NCBI GenBank assembly: GCA_964533295.1
Contig: CAZHLM010000001.1
Location: 180,633-244,632, forward strand
Direction: 5' to 3'
DNA length: 64,000 nucleotides
Source: an uncultured Verrucomicrobiota bacterium
GTDB lineage: Bacteria; Verrucomicrobiota; Verrucomicrobiia; Palsa-1439
Position numbers and translations under genes: made by a program. The notes under the pieces are model-generated. The model searched no databases and had not been told where the DNA came from. It saw only the letters and a program-made list of their open reading frames with translations. Of the stretch, positions 53,591 to 62,559 are shown in pieces. How positions within the stretch are numbered: position 1 is the first letter of the stretch; each line of letters begins with the position of its first letter.

Positions 53591-56344
53591 CTAAGGAGTA
53601 CCGATGGGCGTGGCCGTAGGCGCAAACAGTTCCGATGGCGGGGTGACGGTTGCGGGCAGATGATAGGTCGTGTATTCGGTCATCATGTGGTGATTCGGTC
53701 CATCCATTGTCCAGCGGACAATCCGCAGCGTGGCGGGGTCCACCTCCAAGACGTAGTCATAGCGCAAGTCGCCAGTCCCGACGGCAAATGTGACGGTCTG
53801 CCGGGCTTGGCTTTGACCACTCAACTCGCTCGTCGGCCCAAACTGCACGTCAATGGCCTCACGGCTGAAATTGAAATGGGGATATGCGATTATGGTAGCG
53901 GTCACGACGCCACTGTCATCGCGAAGTACTTCCACTGCCTCCATGGAGGCGAACTGATTCATCACTCCCTCGACTTGCTGCAAGAACAGCACAGCCTGCG
54001 AATCACTGACCCCTGGCGATGATGTGCCGGGCCCGGGTGGTTGGTATTCCTGTGCGCTCAACCGGCGGACGTAGTTGACTAAGTGCCAAATGTCTTCATC
54101 GTCGAACTGGTCTCCGAACGCTGGCATGGCGGTGTCCTTGATCCCTTCTTTGATCCAATAATACAGGTCGCCATCCGGGTGGCTCTCCGTATGCCCGGCG
54201 GTGAAGTCGGCGGGCGGCGGGGTGAGGCCAATGGCCCCTGGGCCATCGCCGCGCCCTTCCGGGCCGTGACACGTCACACAGTTGGCCTGGTAGAGTTCCT
54301 GCCCGCGCGTGATGGAGGCCGAGTCGGGCAAGATGGGATTGGTCACAAACTTCGCGGGCGTGAACTCGCGGACGAAGGTGAACAGCTGGACTCCCCCAAT
54401 CCAAAAAGCAAGCAGGCTCGGCAGGAATAGCAGCACCAACTGCCAGTCCTCCTTCGCGGCGCGGCCGGCGAGGAGTGACCAGGTGACGGCGAACAACACG
54501 AGAAAGACGCCCGTCGCCGCGCCGCCGCTGCGGGTCAGGAACTTGGTTAGTTGCTCAATCAGACCGGCCTGCCCACCTACCGGCTGAATCGCCCCGCTCA
54601 GACCGGCTTCCACGCGGTATGCGGCGAAAACGTCGAACGCCTCGGAACGGCGCACCGCGACTTCCACCTGCCACGGCCCTGCCAGACTCAGATAGCCGCC
54701 ATCCACGCGGTAATGTCCATCGCCGGATGATGGCGCGTTGGCTTCGGCCGTGCCGATGGATTGGCCCAAGAACGTGAAACGCAGCGATACTTCTTTGGCG
54801 TCCGCGACCGGCTGGCCGCTGGCATCCGTCACGTACACATCAAACGTGTTCTGCCCGACGAGCGCCGGTTCGAGGCTGAGCGAGATGTTCAAGTCTTCGG
54901 CGGGTTGCGCCAGCGTGACCTTCTCGGCCTGGCTGGACAGCAGGGGCGCATCTTGCCCGCGTTGCAGGTCGGTGAGTAGGCCGGCCGCGGCGAGGACCAG
55001 CAAGGCGAATACACCTTCCGCGCGCACCAGCCGCCCAAAGCGCTGTTGCAGCGTGAGCGCCGAAGCTGCTTCGGGATGGTCGAGGGCCGCGTCCAGCCTG
55101 GGCTTGATGATCAAGAGATTGACCGCCGCGATGCTGAAGGCGGGCACAGCCAGCGCTAGCTTGGCGAGCAAGGTCAGGCCATACGCTGTGCCGAAGAGCG
55201 CGGTCCAACTCCCGACGTGTTTCCAGGCCAGGTAGCTTCCGCTGACCAGCAGCGCGCCCACCGCGCCCGCCGCCAGCGCCGAGAAGTTGAGCGAGAGGCT
55301 CAAGTTGAGCCACGCCCGCGAGTTCGCCGGGAATGACCGTCCCATCCACAGCCCAAGCGCCAGTTGAAGCAGGCCCCCCACCCAGACCCCGGCAGCCAGG
55401 ACATGCACGACATCCACCGCGATGGCCTGTTGGGTATCCTGAGTAAGGGCGGCGCTGTGACTCACCAAGGCGGTTGTCAGCGCGAGGCCAATCAACGCCG
55501 CCAGTCCGGCCCACCATTCCCAGCCGCGTAAGCCTCGACGGCCTTCTCCCAACCCGACGTATAGATCTGCCATGGCAAAGCCCACCGTCGTCGTCACTAA
55601 AAAGCGAACCAACCACAGTGAGCCGAATTGCGTACCCAGCCAAGTTCTCAGGTTGTCGAAGCTCAACAGGTTTATCCTGGCGGCCTGCGCGATCAGGGTA
55701 AAAATCAAGCCCAATCCCACCAACGCTAACCCGGCGATGCCCACTTTCAGGCTCGCGCGTCCAAATGCCAAGTCAAGTCGCTCATCGGCTTCATTCAGCT
55801 CAACGCCCTTGAAGGCCGGGTTCCAGACCAACAGGCGGAAGGTGAGGAGGCCCAGTAGTAACGCGAGTCCGGTCAGGTTGAACCAGCGCGCGCCGGTGCT
55901 GAACGGGGTCGGCCGCTGCGCGGTGGATGAAACCGAGCCGGGCGCGGAGGTCAGTTGGGCAACTCCCACCCCGAACGGAAAACTGCCGCTGGTCGTGTGG
56001 CCGTCCACGGTGGAGAGCACTTCCCAACTGACGAGATACGTCCCACTGGAAAGCGGGGGCAGAGTCACGACGGGCGCCGTGCCATCGTCGCTGTCCGATT
56101 TCAAATCGCCGTTGTCCACTTGCCGGCCGGATTGGTCGAAGACGGCGATCCGGCTAAAGGCGGGCGCCACCGGCTCGGTCAGAAGAAGCCGAACTTGAGC
56201 CGGCGCGGTGTCGAGGAGGGTGTTGGGGGCCGGGTCAGCGGAGAGGAGCACGGCATGGGCGAAGGCTGGAATCGCCCTCGCCCAGAGCAGTGCCAATGCG
56301 CTGACCGCCACCCACACGATGAGAAAATGCCGGCGCGCCTTCAT
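53591..56344 (-). CDS. YcnJ-like multidomain copper protein: CopC domain plus CopD membrane domain plus YtkA-like Ig domain plus extra TM helices plus mono-heme cytochrome c domain plus C-terminal domain of unknown function
   Basis: ATG 56344 (MKARRHF...). Signal peptide then HAVLLSADPAPN (CopC with N-terminal His). Eight-TM CopD region. YtkA-like NISLSLEPALVGQNTFDVYVTDASGQPV. CVTCHGPEG...MPAFG heme site. Confidence 0.75.
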   Translation of the reverse strand: MKARRHFLIVWVAVSALALLWARAIPAFAHAVLLSADPAPNTLLDTAPAQVRLLLTEPVAPAFSRIAVFDQSGRQVDNGDLKSDSDDGTAPVVTLPPLSSGTYLVSWEVLSTVDGHTTSGSFPFGVGVAQLTSAPGSVSSTAQRPTPFSTGARWFNLTGLALLLGLLTFRLLVWNPAFKGVELNEADERLDLAFGRASLKVGIAGLALVGLGLIFTLIAQAARINLLSFDNLRTWLGTQFGSLWLVRFLVTTTVGFAMADLYVGLGEGRRGLRGWEWWAGLAALIGLALTTALVSHSAALTQDTQQAIAVDVVHVLAAGVWVGGLLQLALGLWMGRSFPANSRAWLNLSLSLNFSALAAGAVGALLVSGSYLAWKHVGSWTALFGTAYGLTLLAKLALAVPAFSIAAVNLLIIKPRLDAALDHPEAASALTLQQRFGRLVRAEGVFALLVLAAAGLLTDLQRGQDAPLLSSQAEKVTLAQPAEDLNISLSLEPALVGQNTFDVYVTDASGQPVADAKEVSLRFTFLGQSIGTAEANAPSSGDGHYRVDGGYLSLAGPWQVEVAVRRSEAFDVFAAYRVEAGLSGAIQPVGGQAGLIEQLTKFLTRSGGAATGVFLVLFAVTWSLLAGRAAKEDWQLVLLFLPSLLAFWIGGVQLFTFVREFTPAKFVTNPILPDSASITRGQELYQANCVTCHGPEGRGDGPGAIGLTPPPADFTAGHTESHPDGDLYYWIKEGIKDTAMPAFGDQFDDEDIWHLVNYVRRLSAQEYQPPGPGTSSPGVSDSQAVLFLQQVEGVMNQFASMEAVEVLRDDSGVVTATIIAYPHFNFSREAIDVQFGPTSELSGQSQARQTVTFAVGTGDLRYDYVLEVDPATLRIVRWTMDGPNHHMMTEYTTYHLPATVTPPSELFAPTATPIGTP

Positions 56345-56348
56345 CGCC

Positions 56349-56948
56349 TTATTTCCGGCGCAGGCTGACGACGCCCACCGCCAGCCCGGCCAGCCCGACG
56401 ATGATGCCTCCAATGGCTAGCCATTGGTTGAGCGTGGCGGAGGCCCGCAGCGCCTGGTTCTCGGCTTGCAGGGCGGTGAGTTGTTGGTTCATCTCAGGCA
56501 GAGAAGGCAAGACGATTGGGAATTGATAGTCTTCGGCCAGCCCGACTTCTTCGATTTCTTGCTCCAGGTCCACGTCCTGCTCTTCGATCTTGCCGGTGAG
56601 CTTCACCGTGTACGTGCCGCGCACGGTGGGGATGAAGTCGGCGGCATACTGGCCGGGCGCATCCTCGCCGAGCGGGTGCAGTTCCAGGTCGCGGGTTTGG
56701 CCGCCCGTGGCGACGGCGACTTGCAGGGTCGTGAGACTCTCGACGGGTTCTTTAGTTTCGGTGTTCCTGACACTCAGGAAGACGCCATTGGTTTCCCCCA
56801 GCAACACCGGCTCATTCACCCAGCCGATTTCGAGCGTGTAGTCGCCGACGGTGACTTCTTCGTGGGCCGAAGCCGGATGCGGGATAAGCAAGACGCCAAG
56901 CAGCAGCAGTGCGCTTAGAGCTGGGATGAGTTTGCGGAACATAGTCAA
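56349..56948 (-). CDS. YcnI-like (DUF1775-like) secreted protein with N-terminal His after signal peptide and C-terminal TM anchor
   Basis: Signal peptide ...HPASA|HEEVTV leaves His1 (histidine-brace-like). Beta-rich domain. C-terminal TM IGGIIVGLAGLAVGVV. Sits directly upstream of the YcnJ-like gene, as in the B. subtilis ycnI-ycnJ pairing. Confidence 0.4.
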   Translation of the reverse strand: MTMFRKLIPALSALLLLGVLLIPHPASAHEEVTVGDYTLEIGWVNEPVLLGETNGVFLSVRNTETKEPVESLTTLQVAVATGGQTRDLELHPLGEDAPGQYAADFIPTVRGTYTVKLTGKIEEQDVDLEQEIEEVGLAEDYQFPIVLPSLPEMNQQLTALQAENQALRASATLNQWLAIGGIIVGLAGLAVGVVSLRRK

Positions 56949-56993
56949 GCCTCCTGGCAGTTAGCGAAAACATGAAAGGGTAGACGATGAACT

Positions 56994-57419
56994 TCAGCAG
57001 GAGGCCGCGAGGCGTGGGGGCGGAGTGGGCGGGGGCGTCGCCCAGCCTTGCGCGGGCCAGGCCCGGTGGCTGAGGTGCCGCCACACACCGGCGCCGATCA
57101 GCGCCAGCATTAGATCGCCAATCGTTATCGGTGGCCCAGGCAAAGCTGCCACCGGTTGCGCATGGAACAACTCGAATAAGTAATCGTGCGTGTGGGGGCG
57201 GTCGGGCTGGCCGTCCGGGTGTGGATGATAGGTTCGCACGTCCGCGATGAGCCAGCACGGGCACAGGCCCGGCGGGGCAACCGCGATAAGGCCGGCCAAA
57301 AAGGCCAGCAGGATGACGATTCGTCGAAACCCGCACCGAGAATGGTAGCGGTTGGCGGGCGCGTCATTCGTTACGCGGGCGCTCCTCCCGTTCTCGATCG
57401 CACCGTGCCACCGGTCCAT
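56994..57419 (-). CDS. hypothetical membrane protein with CPC and His-rich segment
   Basis: Internal ATG 57419. One to two TM helices (IVILLAFLAGLIAVAPPGLCPCWLI) then HPHPDGQPDRPHTHDY. Weak support. Confidence 0.2.
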   Translation of the reverse strand: MDRWHGAIENGRSARVTNDAPANRYHSRCGFRRIVILLAFLAGLIAVAPPGLCPCWLIADVRTYHPHPDGQPDRPHTHDYLFELFHAQPVAALPGPPITIGDLMLALIGAGVWRHLSHRAWPAQGWATPPPTPPPRLAASC

Positions 57420-57432
57420 ATCTGCCAGGCGC

Positions 57433-58023
57433 CTACAGCCAGCGCCGCACGCGGCGGCAATAGGCGCGATAGGCTTCCCCATGTAATCGGGCCAGGTGCT
57501 CCTCTTCGAGCCGGATTTGAATGTGAATCAGCGCCGCGCCCAATACGCTGACCGCCAGGCTCGCGGCGCTAGGCAGGACGAGAAGCAGGCCAAGCAGCAT
57601 CACCAGCATCGAGAGGAAAATCGGGTTGCGCGAGACAGCGAACAGGCCGGTCTGCACGAGTTCTGTCCTTGTGTCAGCGTCAATACCGATGCGCCAGGCA
57701 TTCCCCATCTGTGCCTGCGCGATCAGCATCCAGACCAGCGCCAGCACGAGCAGTACCGTCCCAACCCACGTCAGCAACGGATGGCCCAGCCATGGGATTG
57801 GGGTCAACAACTCATAGGCGCTATCCGAAGCTGCATAGGTGATGACGATGACGGCAATCACAATCATGGTCAGCCTGAAAAGCCGGCCGACGAAGTCATG
57901 GGCGCTGTCGGTGTTCCCAAGTTGGTATGGGTTCACGCCTGTACGTTTCCAGACCAGGAAAGAGCGCCACACGAAAGCGGTGAGGAAGAAGGCGCTGAAA
58001 TAAAGTAGCAGAAACAGTTTCAT
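57433..58023 (-). CDS. isoprenylcysteine carboxyl methyltransferase (ICMT/PEMT) family membrane protein
   Basis: ATG 58023 (MKLFLLLYF...). Five TM. GLFAVSRNPIFLSMLV and C-terminal EEEHLARLHGEAYRAYCRRVRRW (the ICMT EE...Y motif). Confidence 0.65.
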   Translation of the reverse strand: MKLFLLLYFSAFFLTAFVWRSFLVWKRTGVNPYQLGNTDSAHDFVGRLFRLTMIVIAVIVITYAASDSAYELLTPIPWLGHPLLTWVGTVLLVLALVWMLIAQAQMGNAWRIGIDADTRTELVQTGLFAVSRNPIFLSMLVMLLGLLLVLPSAASLAVSVLGAALIHIQIRLEEEHLARLHGEAYRAYCRRVRRWL

Positions 58024-58096
58024 CAATCTCGTCTCCGGCGACTGTGAATGAACGATGCCGGTGCTGATAGAGAGGCGGCGCCGGTCGGGCGATAAT

Positions 58097-58579
58097 TTAC
58101 GGCTCCACTGGATAACCCGCTTCCGTCCAGGCGCGGAAGCCGCCGAGGATCGGTGTGACCTTAGTAAAGCCGTTGTCAAGGAGAATGCGCGCCGCACGGG
58201 CGCTGGACTCCTCGGCCGGTCAGGTGCAGTAGGTGATGATCCAATCCGAACGGCTGAGTTCGCCGAGGCGGCTCTCGAGTTCCGCTAACGGGAGAGACCG
58301 CGCGCCCGGGATGTGGCCGGCGGTATAAGGGTCGGGCTCGCGTACGTCCACGAACACGGCGGACTGGGCATCAAAGGCGGTCCGGGCGTCGGCGAGGCTG
58401 ACGCGGGGAATTTCTGGAAACGTGTCCTCGGCAGAATCTTGAAGGGGAGCCGTGGGTACCGTCGGGGTTGGGGAGAGCCCTAGGCTTATCAGGATTGCAC
58501 CGATCAGAAGCGTCAGGCCAACGCCGATCAGGACGAGCGGCCCGACAGGTCTGGTTTGGGGTCGAGTTGAGCGAGACAT
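58097..58579 (-). pseudogene. single-domain rhodanese/sulfurtransferase with in-frame TGA (58220-58222) two codons after the catalytic Cys; pseudogene or recoded
   Basis: RBS AAAAGGACGG plus ATG 58579. N-terminal TM. Rhodanese fold ...FVDVREPDPYTAGHIPGARSLP...SDWIITYCT-TGA-PAEESSARAARILLDNGFTKVTPILGGFRAWTEAGYPVEP-TAA. The C-terminal 40 codons are unmistakably the rhodanese C-terminus in the same frame. Confidence 0.6.
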
Positions 58580-58752
58580 TTGCCGTCCTTTTTATGCTAG
58601 AGGGTCAGTCTTCTCTATGGGGTCACCGGTTCGGTGTCGGTGGCCGGGCCGAACTGGCTGTAATAGCCGTCAACGTAGGCGCGGATCTCGGCCAGCGACT
58701 TGCCTTCCCGCATCAGTCGCATCGTGTCACGCACGATGTCCACGCAGATGCT

Positions 58753-59061
58753 TCAACCCAGCCCCATTTCGTCCCAGATCACCGTGCCGTCGGCGCGAAC
58801 GTCTTGAACGAAACAGTCCTTGACGCTGGTGTGCCCATCCACACCACAACCGCAATAGCAGGGGATCTTTTTCAGCACCGCCTGGTTGGCGAGCGCAAAT
58901 TGATAGGCCTCGCGAACCTGAGTGGGAGCATCCTGCATCTTCTGCGGCAAGGCCGATGCTGGTGCCATTTCCAGGTCATGGCCGGACGAGCCGGCGCCGC
59001 AGGCGCTGATCCACATCGCGGACAGCGCGACGAGAAGGGTGAACAGTGCGAGTCGTTTCAT
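58753..59061 (-). CDS. PCYCGC-motif lipoprotein (PF13798-like); frame remains open and protein-like past the TGA stop to 58615
   Basis: RBS GGAAAGGAGAGAGG plus ATG 59061. Lipobox ISACG. KKIPCYCGCGVDGHTSVKDCF. Stops at TGA 58753-58755; the next 45 in-frame codons encode SICVDIVRDTMRLMREGKSLAEIRAYVDGYY... Confidence 0.5.
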   Translation of the reverse strand: MKRLALFTLLVALSAMWISACGAGSSGHDLEMAPASALPQKMQDAPTQVREAYQFALANQAVLKKIPCYCGCGVDGHTSVKDCFVQDVRADGTVIWDEMGLG

Positions 59062-59096
59062 CGATCCTCTCTCCTTTCCCGGTTGACTGCTCATCC

Positions 59097-59720
59097 TCAA
59101 TACACCCAGGGGATGAGAAACTTTGTCCTTGCCTTGTAGCCCTGCCACTCTACGCCGAATGTCTCGGCTAGCACTTGCTCCTCGCGCCGTGCCCGCCTGT
59201 AGAACGAGGCCAGGCATATCACCAGGAGCAACAACGGCGTCCACGCGCGGTACACCAAGGTGATGCCCAACAGCAAAAGCCAGTAGCCCAGGTACATCGG
59301 GTGCCGGACGAACGCGTACGGCCCGTGCTGGATCAGCCGGTGTTGCGCTCGCAGCGGCGCGGCGAAACTGGTGCTGACTCCATACATCGCGCCGAGCGCC
59401 CAGCGCGCCCACAAGACCAGGAGCCACCCCGCGAGAAAAAGCACCAGCCCGGCAACCTGCAATATCCATGACACGAGGGGCGAAACAGTCAGCGGGAGCG
59501 GAAGCCACAACAGATAGCCCAGATAGGCAAAGAGCACGCAGGCACCAACTCCACCGACGATTTGCGCCCACGTGGGAAGCGTGAAGAACCAGTCACCCGA
59601 CCTAACCGGCCTGGCCTTTGGTCTGCGATAACTCGCCAGCCAGCTCGCGAGGATCACACCCAGCAGGATAATTGCTCCGGCGCTGACGATCCCGTTCGTG
59701 ATACTCTCAAAGATATCCAT
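59097..59720 (-). CDS. isoprenylcysteine carboxyl methyltransferase (ICMT/PEMT) family membrane protein
   Basis: Five TM. HGPYAFVRHPMYLGYWLL and EEQVLAETFGVEWQGYKARTKFLIPWV C-terminal motif. Confidence 0.7.
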   Translation of the reverse strand: MDIFESITNGIVSAGAIILLGVILASWLASYRRPKARPVRSGDWFFTLPTWAQIVGGVGACVLFAYLGYLLWLPLPLTVSPLVSWILQVAGLVLFLAGWLLVLWARWALGAMYGVSTSFAAPLRAQHRLIQHGPYAFVRHPMYLGYWLLLLGITLVYRAWTPLLLLVICLASFYRRARREEQVLAETFGVEWQGYKARTKFLIPWVY

Positions 59721-59729
59721 TCCGTCCGG

Positions 59730-60017
59730 CTACTGGAAAGCGCGCCGCATCACGCCAAAACCCCAGATAATCAAGACAAACCCCAGCCCAATGAGCATGC
59801 GATGAATCACTTCGTTGGCCTGGAAACTGAGGCGGGATAGGATGAACAATCCAGTTTCGGTGACAAATGCGACGCCTAACACCACGAAGCCAATGGTGAG
59901 GATCTGGATCCCCTGCCCCATGGCGCCGCCAACGCGTGGACGCGCCAGGAACATCGCCACCGTCAGGCCAACCGTGGCCAGATCGAGTATCAAGGACAGC
60001 GCCTGTAAGGGCTCCAT
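59730..60017 (-). CDS. hypothetical small membrane protein
   Basis: 95 aa, three hydrophobic helices, directly upstream of ICMT gene 59097..59720. Confidence 0.35.
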   Translation of the reverse strand: MEPLQALSLILDLATVGLTVAMFLARPRVGGAMGQGIQILTIGFVVLGVAFVTETGLFILSRLSFQANEVIHRMLIGLGFVLIIWGFGVMRRAFQ

Positions 60018-60127
60018 AAAGGCCTCCTGTTTGGTAGAGTTACAGAACCGGGCACGCCTTCACCTGTTGCGCGCGGTCAGTCTGCGTTATTCCAGCCGTT
60101 CATGCCCGTCCTGCCGCGGCCTGTCCC

Positions 60128-62470
60128 TCATGAGGCCCGATAGCCCAGAAGCCGGAGCGCGTTCAGCACTACCACAATCGTGCTGCCCTCATGAAACAGG
60201 ATGGCGATCCCGATGCCGGTCCAGCCGGTAAGCGAGGCGATCACCAGCAGTGCGATCACACCGAGCGAGATGAACAGGTTCTGCTGAATAATGGCCCGCG
60301 TGGCGCGGCCCAATCCAACCGCGAAAGGCAGCTTCGAGAGATCGTCGCCCATCAGGGCCACGTCGGCCGTCTCCAGCGCCACATCCGTGCCGGCGCCGCC
60401 CATCGCGATGCCGACGGTCGCGTTCGCCAGCGCGGGGGCATCGTTTACGCCGTCGCCCACCATCGCCGTCTGACCGAACTTCTCATTCAACTGGCGGACC
60501 GTGGTCACTTTGTCTTCCGGCAGGAGGTCGGCGCGGAAGGTGGTCAGGCCGACCTTCCCCGCAATCGCTTTCGCCACCCGGGCGTTGTCGCCCGTGAGCA
60601 TCACGGTTTCCTGCACGCCGAGGTGCCTCAGGGCCGCCATCGCCGACGCCGCCTCGAGGCGGAGCGTGTCGGCCACCGCGATCACGCCGGCCAGGGTCCC
60701 GTCAACCGCCACCAGCATGATGGTCTTGCCTTCGCCTTGCAGCGACTCCAGCCTGGCTTGCGCGTCGGCTGACACGGTCACATTCGACTCGTCCATCAAT
60801 TTAGGGTTGCCGATCAGCACCACTTGGCCGTTGACGGTTGAGCGCAGGCCGCGCCCGGTCAGCGACTCCACCTCGCCCGGGTCGGGAAGCGCCAGCCCTT
60901 TGCCTTGGGCCGCGCGCACGACGGCCTGCGCCAGCGGGTGGCCGGAGCGGTTTTCCACAGCGCCCGCGATCGACAGAAGCTGGGTGTCTTTCAGTTGCGC
61001 GCCGAACGCCACGACATCGGTCACTTCCGGCTGACCGTGGGTGATGGTGCCGGTCTTGTCGAAGGCGATGGCTTTGAGCCGGCCGAGATTCTCCAGATGG
61101 ACGCCGCCTTTGACCAGAACGCCGTTGCGCGCGGCCTGCGCGACCCCGGCCAGGATCGAGGCCGGCGTGCCGAGCGCCAGGGCGCACGGAGAGGCCGCGA
61201 CCAGAAGCGTCATCGCCCGCAGGAAAGACACCTGGAAGGGCACGCCAAACAAGGGCGGCACGGCGATCACGAGCAGGGTGATGACGAGCACCGCCGGCAC
61301 AAACACACGCTCGAAGCGCTCCACCGTCTGCTGCGTTGGGGACTTCTGGGTCTGGGCCTCCTCGACCATCTTCATGACCCGCGCCAGGGTGCTGTCCTGG
61401 GCCAGCCGGGTCACTTTTACCTCCAGCGCGCCCTCGCCGTTCACCGTCCCGGCGAAGACCCGGTCGCCGGGCGCCTTGTCCACGGGCGCGGACTCGCCCG
61501 TGACCGGCGCCTGGTTGACGGCCGACTGCCCGGCGAGCACGTCCCCGTCGACCGGGATCCGGGTGCCCGGCCTCACCACGACGATGTCGTCCAGGCGCAG
61601 CTCCTCGACCTGCAATTCCTGTTCGCGCTCGCCGCGTCTCACCAGGGCAGTCTTGGGTGCCAGGTCCGCCAGCGCCCGCACCGCCTGACGGGCGCGGTCA
61701 AGCGCCCGTTCTTCGAGCGCATGGCCCAGGCTGAAGAGGAAGAGCAGGAAGGCGCCCTCGGCGAACTCACCCAGGAACGCGGCGCCGAGGGCGGCCATGA
61801 CCATGAGCAGATCGGTATCGAAGTGGCGCTCCTTCACTGCATGCCAGGCGTGGCGGGACACGTCCCAGCCGCCAAAGACATAGGCGGCCAGGTAGAGCAC
61901 GGTGGCCACGAGGGCGGGCAGGCCGAGGAACGTCTCCCCCACCCAGCCGATGGCGACCAGGACGCCGGCGGTGACGCTGAACAGGATCTCGCGATTCTCC
62001 TGATACCAGCTTCGCCAGCCCTCGGCGGCGACGGTGTAGCCCAGCCCGCGCACGCGCTTCTCAATCGCCGCGCGGCTGGTGGCCTCCGTGTCGTACTCCA
62101 CCCGCAGCTTCTGCGACGGGTAATTCACACTCACAGCCAGGACGCCCGGCATTCGGCCCACGCCGTGCTCGATGACCTTGATGCAATCGGAGCAGTCCAT
62201 GCCCTCGATGGCGAGCAGGTCATGGTGAAAGCGGTTGGCGATTTGGGCGCCGGCACGCTGGGCGGCGCGTTTCACATCCGCGACGCTCATCAGGTTGGGG
62301 TCATAGTGCAGGCACAGGGTGACCGGCCGTTTCTCGCGCTCGAGGTGAACGCGCAGCAGGCCTCTCTGGTGGCGCAGGGCCGCCTCCAGCCGGTCCAGGC
62401 AACTGTCATCATCGGTCTCGACCCCGGGCAGGAGCACGGGGATCTCCAGTTCAATCGTTTTCTCGGACAT
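60128..62470 (-). CDS. P1B-type heavy-metal-translocating ATPase with SPC transmembrane motif and two N-terminal ferredoxin-like domains (second is HMA GMDCSDC)
   Basis: [21 protein letters not shown]6 VAASPCALALGTP. 780 aa. Confidence 0.85.
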   Translation of the reverse strand: MSEKTIELEIPVLLPGVETDDDSCLDRLEAALRHQRGLLRVHLEREKRPVTLCLHYDPNLMSVADVKRAAQRAGAQIANRFHHDLLAIEGMDCSDCIKVIEHGVGRMPGVLAVSVNYPSQKLRVEYDTEATSRAAIEKRVRGLGYTVAAEGWRSWYQENREILFSVTAGVLVAIGWVGETFLGLPALVATVLYLAAYVFGGWDVSRHAWHAVKERHFDTDLLMVMAALGAAFLGEFAEGAFLLFLFSLGHALEERALDRARQAVRALADLAPKTALVRRGEREQELQVEELRLDDIVVVRPGTRIPVDGDVLAGQSAVNQAPVTGESAPVDKAPGDRVFAGTVNGEGALEVKVTRLAQDSTLARVMKMVEEAQTQKSPTQQTVERFERVFVPAVLVITLLVIAVPPLFGVPFQVSFLRAMTLLVAASPCALALGTPASILAGVAQAARNGVLVKGGVHLENLGRLKAIAFDKTGTITHGQPEVTDVVAFGAQLKDTQLLSIAGAVENRSGHPLAQAVVRAAQGKGLALPDPGEVESLTGRGLRSTVNGQVVLIGNPKLMDESNVTVSADAQARLESLQGEGKTIMLVAVDGTLAGVIAVADTLRLEAASAMAALRHLGVQETVMLTGDNARVAKAIAGKVGLTTFRADLLPEDKVTTVRQLNEKFGQTAMVGDGVNDAPALANATVGIAMGGAGTDVALETADVALMGDDLSKLPFAVGLGRATRAIIQQNLFISLGVIALLVIASLTGWTGIGIAILFHEGSTIVVVLNALRLLGYRAS

Positions 62471-62559
62471 TCAGGCACTCCAAAGCAACACCAAGTTCCA
62501 GGCTCGCCCTGGCAGAAAGCGAGCCACAAGACATACAGACGCCGGCGGCAGGCGCGGCG

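Noticed and set aside
20692-59061. Genome-wide reassignment of TGA to a sense codon (Trp/Gly) to explain the three in-frame TGAs
   Set aside because: Many well-defined genes in the window terminate at TGA with normal C-termini and start-stop overlaps (for example 249..1070 and the ATGA junctions at 5016 and 33789). TGA is therefore a functional stop here. Only local Sec recoding or mutation remain as explanations.
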